Positions 1-9,547 of a DNA stretch of 20,000 nucleotides are shown one piece after another; positions within the stretch are counted from its first letter, which is position 1; every line of letters begins with the position of its first letter. Below the pieces are notes generated by a model. The model was given only the letters and a program-made list of their open reading frames with translations, had not been told where the DNA came from and did no database searches. The translations under genes were made by a program, and so were the position numbers. Source of the DNA: an uncultured virus (IMG/VR IMGVR_UViG_3300025769_000102) (lineage: Duplodnaviria; Heunggongvirae; Uroviricota; Caudoviricetes); IMG/VR virus record IMGVR_UViG_3300025769_000102; one strand, 5' to 3'.

Positions 1-981
1 AAAGTAAAATAATGTTCTAAGTATAAAGTTAGTCTGCTCAGATACATCAAGTTCAATTTGAGTGGAACCATATGTGCTGTTACCATTAAAGTCTGATGCC
101 TGTAAAAGAATTTCAACAGGACCACTAGCTAAAGGTGTTCCAAAAACACTTTCATCTACAGTTATTTGTTGACCTCCTGATGGAAGATAGTTTATTCCTG
201 GAGCGTTAACACCAACACTTGAAACAACTCCGTTTAATATTGTAATTGAAATATCTAACCCAGAACCTGGACCAAAAGAGTTCCACTCAGGGTACAAAGG
301 GTCATTAACAATTCCTCTATAAGTTCCGTCTATAGGATAATTTGTAACAGAACTAATTACACTATTTGTTAATGAGTTAGGCCCTGTATTTACAGATGTT
401 ACGTTGTATACATTACTGTCGTATATGTATTGTCCAACACTACCAACAGAGTACCCCCATCTAGGTTCAGAAGGTATTCTTAAGTAGCTAACACCTATTG
501 AAGATGTTATTGTACTTGGCTTTACATAAAGCCTATTATTCTCAAGTAAGTATGTTGGAAATGATTCTGTAGATTTTGTTAGAGGAGATTTTTGGATGTT
601 GTAGAACTCCATTCTTTGAAGTCTTTGTAGTTCAACTTCGTCTTTGTATGTTACAGCCCCTAGTCTGTAAATTGGTAAGTCCTTACCTGCTTCTTTTAAT
701 TCAAAGTATATATCAGATGGAACATTTGCATTATACGTTGTACCACTAAATGTTTTAAATATTGAAATCTTTTCATCAATATTGGCAATCCTGTCTGCGT
801 AATCTGTATCACTTTGAGGAACCCTTAACTGTTGGTTTAAGTCATCACAGTACTGCTCAAAAATTTCTAATTGAACTTGGTTAGATATTCTATTAAACTC
901 ATCTGGAGTAACATATCCCCTTTCCTCTTTGTTAAGTATTAATAATACAGTCTTATATACCGTATCTATATTTATTGCCAT
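1..981 (-). CDS. Putative virion ring / tail-tube (head-tail joining) protein, 3' truncated by window edge
   Basis: Not in the ORF track because it runs off the edge. ATG at 981 reads MAINIDTVYKTVLLILNKEERGYVTPDEFNRISNQVQLEIFEQY... and stays open to position 1 (327 codons). It lies two genes downstream of the MCP, and the helical N-terminus resembles ring/connector proteins of crAss-like and related podophages. Confidence 0.65.
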   Translation of the reverse strand, partial: MAINIDTVYKTVLLILNKEERGYVTPDEFNRISNQVQLEIFEQYCDDLNQQLRVPQSDTDYADRIANIDEKISIFKTFSGTTYNANVPSDIYFELKEAGKDLPIYRLGAVTYKDEVELQRLQRMEFYNIQKSPLTKSTESFPTYLLENNRLYVKPSTITSSIGVSYLRIPSEPRWGYSVGSVGQYIYDSNVYNVTSVNTGPNSLTNSVISSVTNYPIDGTYRGIVNDPLYPEWNSFGPGSGLDISITILNGVVSSVGVNAPGINYLPSGGQQITVDESVFGTPLASGPVEILLQASDFNGNSTYGSTQIELDVSEQTNFILRTLFYF

Positions 982-996
982 ATTAATATTTTGTTT

Positions 997-1042
997 TATT
1001 TACAAAAATAGGCCAACCGAAGTTGACCTACCCCTGTAAATA
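997..1042 (-). terminator. Hairpin with C(UUCG)G loop and U-tract; intrinsic terminator-like, extendable to a longer stem
   Basis: Minus strand reads TAGGTCAAC-TTCG-GTTGGCCTA-TTTTT (core 1004-1030), directly downstream of the 255-aa gene. Confidence 0.75.
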
Positions 1043-1052
1043 TAGTTACATA

Positions 1053-1820
1053 TTAAGAGAATTTTTTCTCTATACTTTTGTATACTAGCATACCCTCGTC
1101 AGTTTTAAACCAACTAGCTAATGCTGAGTATGGGTGTTCGTCAAATGGTACTTCCATTAACTTCTTGCCATTAACAGACCAAGCAAATGTCTTCTGGTCA
1201 GACGATAACTTTATAATACCAGCTTCTGTTGCTTTAATCCCAAAGCTTCTAAGTTCAACATTTTCATCGTTTGCAAGACTAATAAATAATGCTGGATTGT
1301 TTTTAGCAAGTAGCATTAAGTCTCTTTTTAACTCTTTGCTTGTCATTTTAGACACAGCACTACCAAGCTCGGTTCTTAGTATTGCCTCTGCGTGGTCAAC
1401 CTCTAATTGTAGTGCTAAATTTAAAGCTTCAATTTCAAGCTCAATATCCTCTAACTCGTTTACTGCTTCAGCAACTTGGTCTTGCTCTGCATACATCTTG
1501 TTTCTTAAAGGATGGTATAGAGACAAAAGTTTTTGTAAGTTTTGTTTTTCTTTAGGAACCATTAACACTCCATTTTTAAAAACAATATGAGCCAATGTTA
1601 CAGGCCCATTTTGTTCATCTACAAATGGGGATAGTTGATTTGTTGCGTACCTAAGTTCTCTTTCGTATCCTAGTTCTGGGTCAAAGTACATTAGTGGATG
1701 TCTTTGAGAGTGCTTAGATGCCAATGTTAAAGTTAAAGGCGATACGTTATTTTTTAGATAGTAAAGTCTATCTTTAATTTCCCACTTTGCAGTAGAATTT
1801 GTTTTTTCTTTTTTTGCCAT
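1053..1820 (-). CDS. Conserved-position hypothetical protein downstream of the major capsid gene (255 aa)
   Basis: Full ORF with an AT-rich leader and an acidic helical centre (EAVNELEDIELEIEALNLA). Its position right after the MCP matches crAss-like capsid operons. Function unknown. Confidence 0.75.
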   Translation of the reverse strand: MAKKEKTNSTAKWEIKDRLYYLKNNVSPLTLTLASKHSQRHPLMYFDPELGYERELRYATNQLSPFVDEQNGPVTLAHIVFKNGVLMVPKEKQNLQKLLSLYHPLRNKMYAEQDQVAEAVNELEDIELEIEALNLALQLEVDHAEAILRTELGSAVSKMTSKELKRDLMLLAKNNPALFISLANDENVELRSFGIKATEAGIIKLSSDQKTFAWSVNGKKLMEVPFDEHPYSALASWFKTDEGMLVYKSIEKKFS

Positions 1821-1857
1821 AATAAAATATAATATAATATAAAAAATAATAATAAGA

Positions 1858-1897
1858 GTAATAGTTACCCCCGTCTAAAAAACGAGGGTAACATTAC
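1858..1897 (-). terminator. Stem-loop downstream of the major capsid gene (terminator / mRNA stabiliser)
   Basis: Minus strand GTAAT-GTTACCCTCGT-TTTTTAG-ACGGGGGTAAC-T-ATTAC: 11-bp core with one G.U pair, followed by a T-rich tract. Confidence 0.65.
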
Positions 1898-1912
1898 AAT
1901 AAATGATTGCTG

Positions 1913-3412
1913 TTACGCAGTCTTTGTAAATAATACAAAGTTGTTAGCAGCTTGAGTAACTAAACATCTTTCAGATAAGAAGTTAACTCTCATTACATCT
2001 TCAGCAGAAGTATAAGCACCACCTACAGAACCAGTAATCCAAGACTTCATTCTTCTGTCGTCAGCTTCAGAAGCTCTGTATCTAACGTGCAAGAATGGTC
2101 GTCTGATGTTAGTTCCTAACATTTGGTCATACACTGTACTTGTTCCAGCAGGAACCATAACACCTTCTACGTTATCAATCAACCCACGAGTTGAAGCATC
2201 GTTTAAGTATTTCCAGTCAGTCTTATAGAAGTCGTAAGAACCTCTTCTAAATCCGCTAAATCCTAAGTTTAACGCCATTTCTTCAGAGTTCTCAAAAACA
2301 CCATAAGAAGTACCACCAGCACCATAAGAGTTCTGAGCAGCTAACATATCATCAAAATCAAGAGTTGTAGCTCTGTCTAAAAATAACATATTTTCCTCAA
2401 TAGCTCCTTGCTTGTCAAGGTTTTCAAGAATGTTGTCAAAGTCTTGCAAAGCACTTCTTTGTCCAGCTCCAGAAGTTCCAGTTCCATTAGCATAGTTTTG
2501 GTATACATTTCCTCTTGCAGTAATTGCAGCAAAAAGACCTTCAGTACCAGCACTAGAAACTCCAGCAGTTGACAAAGCAGCAGGAACAGCAGAAGTAGCA
2601 ACAGCTAACTCTCCTTCAACCATTGCCATTTCTAAGTAATCTTGAAAACGTAATCTTGTTTCCCCTTCAGACTTCAAGTACCACAAATATCCATTTGTTC
2701 CATCTTCAGCAGCAACTTCAACCCATCCAATTTGTGCAGCATCAGAACCATTAATTTCGTAGTTATCCTTAATGATAATTGGCTTGTTGCTGTACTGTGT
2801 AAATGAAGCCTCTAAAGAACCATCCATCCCAAATTGACCTTTAGCAAACTCAGAACCATAAACAAATATGTTTATTGTGTCGTTTAATGCAAATCCAGCA
2901 GTGCCTAAATTAGAAGCAGTATAAGGTAATACTGTAAATTCTTTAGCATTGTCGCCATCAGGGTTTATTGCCGAAACATAACCTTTAATTGTAACTCCTA
3001 CTCCAGTTCCAGTAACACCTTCAATAACAACTGTGTTTCCTTTTCTAATTGCCATATTATGACCTGAACCTAAAGTAATTCTACCATCGGCAACAACTCC
3101 AACTGTAACAGATTCAGCAGTATTAGCAGCTCCTGAAGTCTCGTATCCAATATGCAATCTATTTTGTTCAGACCATACAACTTGGTCAGAAGTCATTGGC
3201 ATTTCTGCACCAACCATTCTTAAGAATCCTGATAGAGTTCTGTTTCCGTATCTCTCTACCTCAGCTTCGTAAAGTTCTGGTAGGTATTGTTGTGCAAAGT
3301 TTCCACCTGTATCGCTAGTGAAATCAATGTAATTAGATGCCAATAAAGATTTAGTTGGCATTGGTTTTAGGTCAAATACACCTAAAGGGTCGTTAGTTCC
3401 AAATTGTCCCAT
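1913..3412 (-). CDS. Major capsid protein (HK97-like fold presumed), 499 aa
   Basis: Follows the portal and scaffold-like genes and is followed by a hairpin. It has MCP-type features: E-loop-like 'SDQVVWSEQ', 'LEMAMVEGE', 'TEGLFAAI', and a C-terminal 'FLSERCLVTQAANNF' strand. Confidence 0.85.
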   Translation of the reverse strand: MGQFGTNDPLGVFDLKPMPTKSLLASNYIDFTSDTGGNFAQQYLPELYEAEVERYGNRTLSGFLRMVGAEMPMTSDQVVWSEQNRLHIGYETSGAANTAESVTVGVVADGRITLGSGHNMAIRKGNTVVIEGVTGTGVGVTIKGYVSAINPDGDNAKEFTVLPYTASNLGTAGFALNDTINIFVYGSEFAKGQFGMDGSLEASFTQYSNKPIIIKDNYEINGSDAAQIGWVEVAAEDGTNGYLWYLKSEGETRLRFQDYLEMAMVEGELAVATSAVPAALSTAGVSSAGTEGLFAAITARGNVYQNYANGTGTSGAGQRSALQDFDNILENLDKQGAIEENMLFLDRATTLDFDDMLAAQNSYGAGGTSYGVFENSEEMALNLGFSGFRRGSYDFYKTDWKYLNDASTRGLIDNVEGVMVPAGTSTVYDQMLGTNIRRPFLHVRYRASEADDRRMKSWITGSVGGAYTSAEDVMRVNFLSERCLVTQAANNFVLFTKTA

Positions 3413-3433
3413 TTTTTTTTTAATTTTTAAAGT

Positions 3434-4612
3434 TTATTTTTTTATTTTTAATTTTGAAGAGTCCACTCCGCTTATAGCCTTAATTCTAAGTCCATTTATA
3501 AACACGCTATCACCAGAAGTTTGCCTTGGTTTGTCTGATAGATTCTTAGAACCATTCACAACCTCCTTAACAGCATCGGCTTTACCTTGCTCATAAAAGT
3601 GACTTGCAATCTTGTCTACGTTAGACGCAGCATACATCGCTTTATGATAGCCTTTATGGTCTGAAACTTCTCCCTTGTCATTCAGGAACTTCCCGATTAT
3701 GTTAGAAAGTTCAGATTGTTTTTCAGCAAGACTAGTTGGGTTATTAACGCCATACCTGAATTTTTTGTCACCAATATTAAAATCAAAACCTTTGAAATCG
3801 TTGTTGAACATTTCAGATGTAGCTTTTTTAAACCTGTCGTGCTTTTGGCTATTTAAGCTTTTCTCTTCGTTGTATCGGTTAAAGAATTCCATTGCTTTTT
3901 GTTGCTCTTGGGTTACGCCTGGTCTTAACTTAATCTCATCGTAATATTTACCCTTTAAGTCTTCTAAAAAGTTTTTGGCTTCTTGAACCTCTTCTTTGAA
4001 CGCAAGCTTTTTCTTGCGTATATCTCTTTCTTCATCTAAGTCTTCGTCATACGAAAATTTATCTTCTAAAAGGAAATTAATCTCGTCATCATCAAGATGC
4101 GGTTTGCTTTTTTTGTAATACTCTTTTAATAATGTGTTATTGTCTACTGTGCTGTAGTCAGCATTTAATCTAACATAATCTTCTACAGTACCACCTGTTT
4201 CTTCCATAAAAGAAACTAGCTTCTCAACATTTTCAGGTAGTGGCTTTCCAGTAATGTTTGAGTCTCTAACAGCCTCTGACATTTCTTTTGAAACACTCTG
4301 AATCTCTTCTTCTTCTTCTTCTTTTATTTCTTGGATAGTAATAACCCCTTCATCTTGAATGGAGCCTTCCCCTGATGATACTTCTGTATCCACTTCTTGT
4401 ACAGTTTCGGTTGGTTTATCTGCAACCACTGTTGTTGTTTCTTGCTCTTTATTGGCATTGTCTTGGTTTAAGTTAACCTTAGTAGGTTCTTCTTCAACTT
4501 TTTTATCTGTAGATAAATTTACTTTAGAAACTTCAGGGGTTTTACCTAACTTTTTCATTTTAGGTTTACTCTTTATTTTAAAGTCACCTTCTTGTTTTAC
4601 TTCTTCTGACAT
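3434..4612 (-). CDS. Putative capsid scaffolding / assembly protein, 392 aa
   Basis: Located between portal and MCP. Very acidic low-complexity N-terminal third (EEEEEEIQ), helical charged middle and 'FYEQGKADA' near the C-terminus, a layout typical of scaffolds. Confidence 0.65.
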   Translation of the reverse strand: MSEEVKQEGDFKIKSKPKMKKLGKTPEVSKVNLSTDKKVEEEPTKVNLNQDNANKEQETTTVVADKPTETVQEVDTEVSSGEGSIQDEGVITIQEIKEEEEEEIQSVSKEMSEAVRDSNITGKPLPENVEKLVSFMEETGGTVEDYVRLNADYSTVDNNTLLKEYYKKSKPHLDDDEINFLLEDKFSYDEDLDEERDIRKKKLAFKEEVQEAKNFLEDLKGKYYDEIKLRPGVTQEQQKAMEFFNRYNEEKSLNSQKHDRFKKATSEMFNNDFKGFDFNIGDKKFRYGVNNPTSLAEKQSELSNIIGKFLNDKGEVSDHKGYHKAMYAASNVDKIASHFYEQGKADAVKEVVNGSKNLSDKPRQTSGDSVFINGLRIKAISGVDSSKLKIKK

Positions 4613-4644
4613 AATATAATATAATATAAATTAAAAAATTCTAT

Positions 4645-7050
4645 TTACTTTGGGTCAAATTGTCCTAAACCAATCCCCCCCATAACATCATTACCTAAAC
4701 TTTCAAAGTTTTTCGGTAATAGGTTATTTTTTCTTTGGTCAATTAACTCAGATTGCTGAGTTCCTTGTATCTTTACTCTTTTATCTTTTCTATCTTCAAT
4801 ATTTTGTTCCTTTGACAATTCAGCATTTGCTCTAATCTGAGCTAGTTGCATATTAAAGTTAAACTCTTCAGCCATAAGACCTCTTTTTATTTCGGCCTCT
4901 GCTTGCATTCTTTCTATTTCAAACTGAGATTTAGCTTGCTCAATACTAATTTTTTCTGCTGTTATTACTTGTTGCTTTTGAGTTTCAGCCATTGCAGCAG
5001 CTTCAGATGCTTGTGCGTTAGCTTGACTTTGAGCTTGTATATTTGCTTGCTGTGCTTGTTGTGCTTGTTGAATTTTCTTTTTTGTTCTATCCTTAAGCAT
5101 TTCATTTGCAAGTTGAAGATTTTTTATTCTCCTTATATCAATAGCATCTTCAAGATTTATTCCTCCAGATTGCAAAGAAATTTGTATGTTTTGTTCTAAC
5201 TGTGCTTTTTCTTCATCATCAGGCTCTAACTCAAAAAATATTCCAAAGTCGTGTAAATTTAAATTAGCTACTTCTTTTAATGTTTCCACATTAAAATTAG
5301 TAATACTATTTATAAGAGAGTTAGATGTTAATGCAAACTGCAATGAATCAGCAATTCTCATAGATATATTTTCACAAGCTCTAAGAGTTAAATAACAACT
5401 TGCTTGTAATATGTGTCTAGTTGCTACATTAGATTGATTAGCGGCCATTTTTTGAAGCCCTACAAGTGCATCCTTAGATGGAGCAGAACCATCTCTTGCC
5501 TCGTTCAATCCTGTAACGTCTCTTATCATTTGTAAGTAGTACTGATACGTTTGGATTAATGACTGTATCTTAGCTCCACCACTTGAGCTTGTAAGCTCTT
5601 GGATTGGAACCTTACCTCTATTCATTTCTCCATCTTGTGTCATTGACCTACCTAATACACTACCTGTTTGAAAGTACATATTAAGAGCTTCTGCTGGATT
5701 GTAGCTAGTTCCGTTTCCTAAGTCAACCTCTGCCAACCCGTCCACATCTAAGAATACTCCATCAGGAACCATCTTTGTCATAACTTGCTGTAGTTTCAAG
5801 TGTGTTATTTGAATCATATCAGCAAATCCTGTAATCTTACTTACAACAGATTCAATCCTTCCATTATACATTCTTGGTGCACACAGAACATAGTTCATTT
5901 CTACCTTAGTAGTATCTGCGTATGGTCTTGTCATATTTTCAGACAGTTCCCACTTCAACATTGTATTTGTTCCAAGAATTTTAGCACCACTGTAAAGAAC
6001 CTCTATACTCCTTGATACTTTTTTAAATGTATCATTTTCAGGTGGGTTAAAGTCATCTGATTTTTGTATAACTTTTTCTAACCCGTTTGGTCCTGTCTTT
6101 ATTTTAAATACTTGGTTGTTGTAAGTCTTGTACTCAAAGTATAAAACTTGCACTGTATTTTCGTCATACCCTTTCCACCCAGTCAAGTACTCTCTATTGC
6201 CTGGCATATCTTCAATTCTTTTTAATTCCTCTTGAGGTATATTTGGAAATTGTTTTTTAAGTTCTGGTATTGTAACAGCTTTAACTTCTCCAATATAATA
6301 TATATCTTCAAAGTTAGGGTCTTCAGTGTATGAATAAACTAAATTTGCAGGGTCGCAGTACTCTACCTTTACCCCATTAGCTTTATTCCAATTTGTTTTG
6401 ACAGCACCTATACCAAGAATGGTTAGGTCGTAATTAAATCTTTTTCTTATTTCATCAAACTTGTTTTTTGCAAGCACTTGATTTATGACTTCTTCTTCCG
6501 CTATCTCTATTGATTGTTTATAGTCTAATTGCATATGAAGAGATAACTCTTCTTTAGATTGAGGTAATTCTTCTGGATTGCTGGTATTGAAGGCATCTAT
6601 ACCTAAATTTTCTTTAAGTTTTAATAGTTGCTCTTTTGCCGCCATATCTTGCATTAAAGCAGAAGCGTAGTCAGTTCTTTTCTTTGCTGATTCGGGGTCT
6701 TGTGCATAAGCACTAATTTCATATTTTTTTTCTGTTATTCCGTTTGCAACTATATCTACAAACTTTGAAATTACAGGTACTGGTTTCCAGTCTAAGTTTA
6801 GATAAGAAAGGTCTCCATTTATAGCAAGTTCATCTTTATATTTTTGCACAGGTTGCTCACCTCTAGCGTATAATCTTAAACTATGAAAGTGATTATAATT
6901 TGTAGCAAATCTATTTCCATACCCTCCTTGATTAAACCACTCAGACTCTATAGCTTGAGCAACTTGCCTTCCATATTCTGGACTATCTTTCTCAGCGTTA
7001 GTAACAACCTGGCTAGGAAATACGCTATTTGGATTTGCAACTACATTCAT
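4645..7050 (-). CDS. Portal protein, 801 aa
   Basis: Directly follows the large terminase. Size and motifs fit (LRLYARGEQ, KFVDIVANG, IRDVTGLNEARDG), as does the Q/A-rich coiled-coil C-terminal barrel seen in P22/crAss-type portals. Confidence 0.85.
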   Translation of the reverse strand: MNVVANPNSVFPSQVVTNAEKDSPEYGRQVAQAIESEWFNQGGYGNRFATNYNHFHSLRLYARGEQPVQKYKDELAINGDLSYLNLDWKPVPVISKFVDIVANGITEKKYEISAYAQDPESAKKRTDYASALMQDMAAKEQLLKLKENLGIDAFNTSNPEELPQSKEELSLHMQLDYKQSIEIAEEEVINQVLAKNKFDEIRKRFNYDLTILGIGAVKTNWNKANGVKVEYCDPANLVYSYTEDPNFEDIYYIGEVKAVTIPELKKQFPNIPQEELKRIEDMPGNREYLTGWKGYDENTVQVLYFEYKTYNNQVFKIKTGPNGLEKVIQKSDDFNPPENDTFKKVSRSIEVLYSGAKILGTNTMLKWELSENMTRPYADTTKVEMNYVLCAPRMYNGRIESVVSKITGFADMIQITHLKLQQVMTKMVPDGVFLDVDGLAEVDLGNGTSYNPAEALNMYFQTGSVLGRSMTQDGEMNRGKVPIQELTSSSGGAKIQSLIQTYQYYLQMIRDVTGLNEARDGSAPSKDALVGLQKMAANQSNVATRHILQASCYLTLRACENISMRIADSLQFALTSNSLINSITNFNVETLKEVANLNLHDFGIFFELEPDDEEKAQLEQNIQISLQSGGINLEDAIDIRRIKNLQLANEMLKDRTKKKIQQAQQAQQANIQAQSQANAQASEAAAMAETQKQQVITAEKISIEQAKSQFEIERMQAEAEIKRGLMAEEFNFNMQLAQIRANAELSKEQNIEDRKDKRVKIQGTQQSELIDQRKNNLLPKNFESLGNDVMGGIGLGQFDPK

Positions 7051-9264
7051 TTAGTTTCTTATTTTTGAATAACTTCCAGAGTTGTCATATTTTTTAAACC
7101 CTAGACTTATGTTTTTTCTTACTACTTTATTTACTGGTGCGTAACGATTTCTGTTACAAGCCATAATGGCTAATCCTGAACTTATAGAAGCATCGTGAGA
7201 TGTCCTGTTGTTTATATTAAACCTTGCCCAATCTTCTAATGTTCTTTGAAAATAAACATCTCCCATCTCATCATCTCCTAAAATTCCTACAAGTTCCTCA
7301 ATATATGTTTCTATTGCAGCAGCGTGAGCTTGCTTTATATCTTCACTAGAGTTAGGTAATCCCCCAATTTCTCTTTCTGTTACTGATAGTCTTGTATACT
7401 TTTTATCAGGTCTATTCATTGAGTATCCTCTATACCCTCTGTTCTTAAAGTGATACAATAACCTTGGTTTGTTATTTTCTGCTAGTATTGGCATACCGTA
7501 AAATACACAAGCCATTAATACATCCTCAAAAAATATCTCTGCTGTTTGAGGTCTTGCAATGTACTCTAAAAAGAAGTGGTTACTTGGAGCATCTTCCATA
7601 CTAAACTTAGTTAGTCCGTGAAGAGAACCATTAGAACCTCTCTTATCTACTGTTCCCGATATGTCATATGGGTCACATCCAAAAGCTCCTAAATGCTCAT
7701 TACCTGGGTAATTTGTTCCACCTTTAGAGATAACTCTGTTTTGTAAAGATACAGGAGGAATCCAAGTTATATAAAACCTACCCTTTGGGTTTGGCATAAA
7801 CATTACTCTTGTATCTTGAATCCCATTCTCCCATTGAAAGTTTCCTCTAGTTATTAATGAACTAGACTTCATCCCTTCGTTGTGGTCTATCTGTTGATAT
7901 ATCTTTTCCAAATTAAATATAGACTCCTTTGCTTCATCTCTAAATGCGTGCTGTTCCGTTCTAGGGAACTGTCTATAAAATTCATTTAATCCATCTTGGT
8001 CGTTTTTAAGACCTTCTACTTCATTCTCCCAATAATCTATTACCCCTTTACTAATTAAATTTCCGTATGTGTCTTTAATTGGTTTCTCTGGCTTATCGAA
8101 TACAGGTAATCCATAAGAATCAATGTATCCCTCGTAGTTCCATTCCATAGGTATGAACAAAGAATATAGTCCTGAAGCAGTCTGTCCATTGCTATTTCTG
8201 TTCGTAACGTCTGATGCATAGTATAACTTTTTAAAATTATCTCCTCCCTTATCTAAAGCATTTGATGTTGAACCCATCATACACTTACCTATTATCCTGC
8301 TACCTAACCTAAGACAAGTTTTTGTTACCCTCCAGTTATTAAGTATGTTGTTAGGTTTCTCCCACTTACCAGACTCATCGTGTACAAGTAACTTTAATTT
8401 TTCTCCATCATAGGAGTTGTCGCCTGTATTCTTCCAATCAATAGTAGTATCCAACCCTTTGATATCTTCTTGCTTTTCGTTAGAATCAAGTTTCCTCCTC
8501 GTAAATTTCGATGCTGGTACTCTATATGCAAGTTCAGTCTTGGGTCTGTCCATTCCATCTTGTATAGGTTTAAAGAAGAATGGGTAGTTGACTGAGATTG
8601 GTACAACTTTGTCGGTAAACATCTTTTTTGCATCAGGTCCTGACTTTGATAGTATCCCATATCTTGAGTCAACTGATATTGTGGCAAGGTTAACTGTTTC
8701 TCCCGAAGACATAAAGGAGAATCCACTCCGTCTATTTTTAAGGTAGCACATTCCAAAGCACCTTGTGTCAGCTTTGCAGGCTTCCCAAAATATGTAGAAC
8801 AATCTATTTGATTCTCTAAAGTCGGGGTGTCCAACGTCAATCTTTGACCATTGCAAGTACATATAATGAGAGCCAGTAATATAAGTAGGCTCACCCTTAT
8901 TATTAAACCAAAATCCGTTTTCCCTTCTTTCAAATTCTTTTTCAATGTAATCGTACCATTTTTCTTTAAATTCTTCTGGATACTCTTCCCAGTCAAATAT
9001 TGTTTTTATTCTACTAAGTTCTTTTGGATACTCAATATTAGACCACTTATTTCCTGGTAGTTTTTTAACATCAAACTCTTTTGGTAGTGCAATTTTTAAG
9101 TTTTGTATCTCGTAAATCTCACCTATTTGACCTGTCTTACTTATTACAACAACATCAAAATCTTCATTGTATCCGTACTTCCAAGACTTAGATATATTCT
9201 TTTTATTTAGTGTTGATGGTTTTATGTGGTTGTCTAGTACTCTGTATAAACTTTGCTCGTACAT
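7051..9264 (-). CDS. terL: Terminase large subunit (probable start ATG 9264, MYEQSL...)
   Basis: Walker A-like LKNRRSGFS, Walker B LLVHDESGKW, coupling motif GSTS, nuclease acidic motifs GCDPYD and HDASIS. The ATG at 9264 sits just after the upstream gene's stop (9266) and is more plausible than the track start at 9294. Confidence 0.9.
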   Translation of the reverse strand: MYEQSLYRVLDNHIKPSTLNKKNISKSWKYGYNEDFDVVVISKTGQIGEIYEIQNLKIALPKEFDVKKLPGNKWSNIEYPKELSRIKTIFDWEEYPEEFKEKWYDYIEKEFERRENGFWFNNKGEPTYITGSHYMYLQWSKIDVGHPDFRESNRLFYIFWEACKADTRCFGMCYLKNRRSGFSFMSSGETVNLATISVDSRYGILSKSGPDAKKMFTDKVVPISVNYPFFFKPIQDGMDRPKTELAYRVPASKFTRRKLDSNEKQEDIKGLDTTIDWKNTGDNSYDGEKLKLLVHDESGKWEKPNNILNNWRVTKTCLRLGSRIIGKCMMGSTSNALDKGGDNFKKLYYASDVTNRNSNGQTASGLYSLFIPMEWNYEGYIDSYGLPVFDKPEKPIKDTYGNLISKGVIDYWENEVEGLKNDQDGLNEFYRQFPRTEQHAFRDEAKESIFNLEKIYQQIDHNEGMKSSSLITRGNFQWENGIQDTRVMFMPNPKGRFYITWIPPVSLQNRVISKGGTNYPGNEHLGAFGCDPYDISGTVDKRGSNGSLHGLTKFSMEDAPSNHFFLEYIARPQTAEIFFEDVLMACVFYGMPILAENNKPRLLYHFKNRGYRGYSMNRPDKKYTRLSVTEREIGGLPNSSEDIKQAHAAAIETYIEELVGILGDDEMGDVYFQRTLEDWARFNINNRTSHDASISSGLAIMACNRNRYAPVNKVVRKNISLGFKKYDNSGSYSKIRN

Positions 9265-9265
9265 A

Positions 9266-9547
9266 TTACTTAGTATTAGCTCTTCCCTCAGCAAACCCTC
9301 TAAACTCTTTCTTTTTAGTTTCTTCTTTAGGTTTTTCGTTTAGTATATCTTCTTCATTTTGTATACGTTGAAGTATTTCAAATGCATCAAATATTGCAAG
9401 TTTTTTAGTTGCTGCTGCATTCTTTAATCTATCCGCTGTTATGTCATCCCCTGAGTCTATGATAGCTTCTTCAGCAACTTTAATAAGTTCAAGAACTGCT
9501 TTTTGCCCAGCTAGGATTATACTCTCTTTCATCTCCTTTACGTTCAT
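9266..9547 (-). CDS. Putative terminase small subunit
   Basis: Small helical protein immediately upstream of terL (ADRLKNAAATKKLAIFDAFEIL...FRGFAEGR). Start is ATG 9547 or 9556. Assignment rests mainly on synteny. Confidence 0.6.
   Translation of the reverse strand: MNVKEMKESIILAGQKAVLELIKVAEEAIIDSGDDITADRLKNAAATKKLAIFDAFEILQRIQNEEDILNEKPKEETKKKEFRGFAEGRANTK

Noticed and set aside
8394..8996. 200-aa same-strand alternative-frame ORF inside terL
   Set aside because: Fully nested in the conserved ATPase region, no recognisable motifs or leader; most likely a by-product of codon bias.
7051..9264. Intein or intron in terminase (also checked portal and MCP)
   Set aside because: The ORFs are continuous, motif spacing is plausible, and I saw no intein C/HN splice motifs or homing-endonuclease motifs.
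9265..9294. Track start of terL at 9294 (MLREEL...)
   Set aside because: Non-ATG start overlapping the upstream gene; the ATG at 9264 directly after the upstream stop fits the coupling pattern better.
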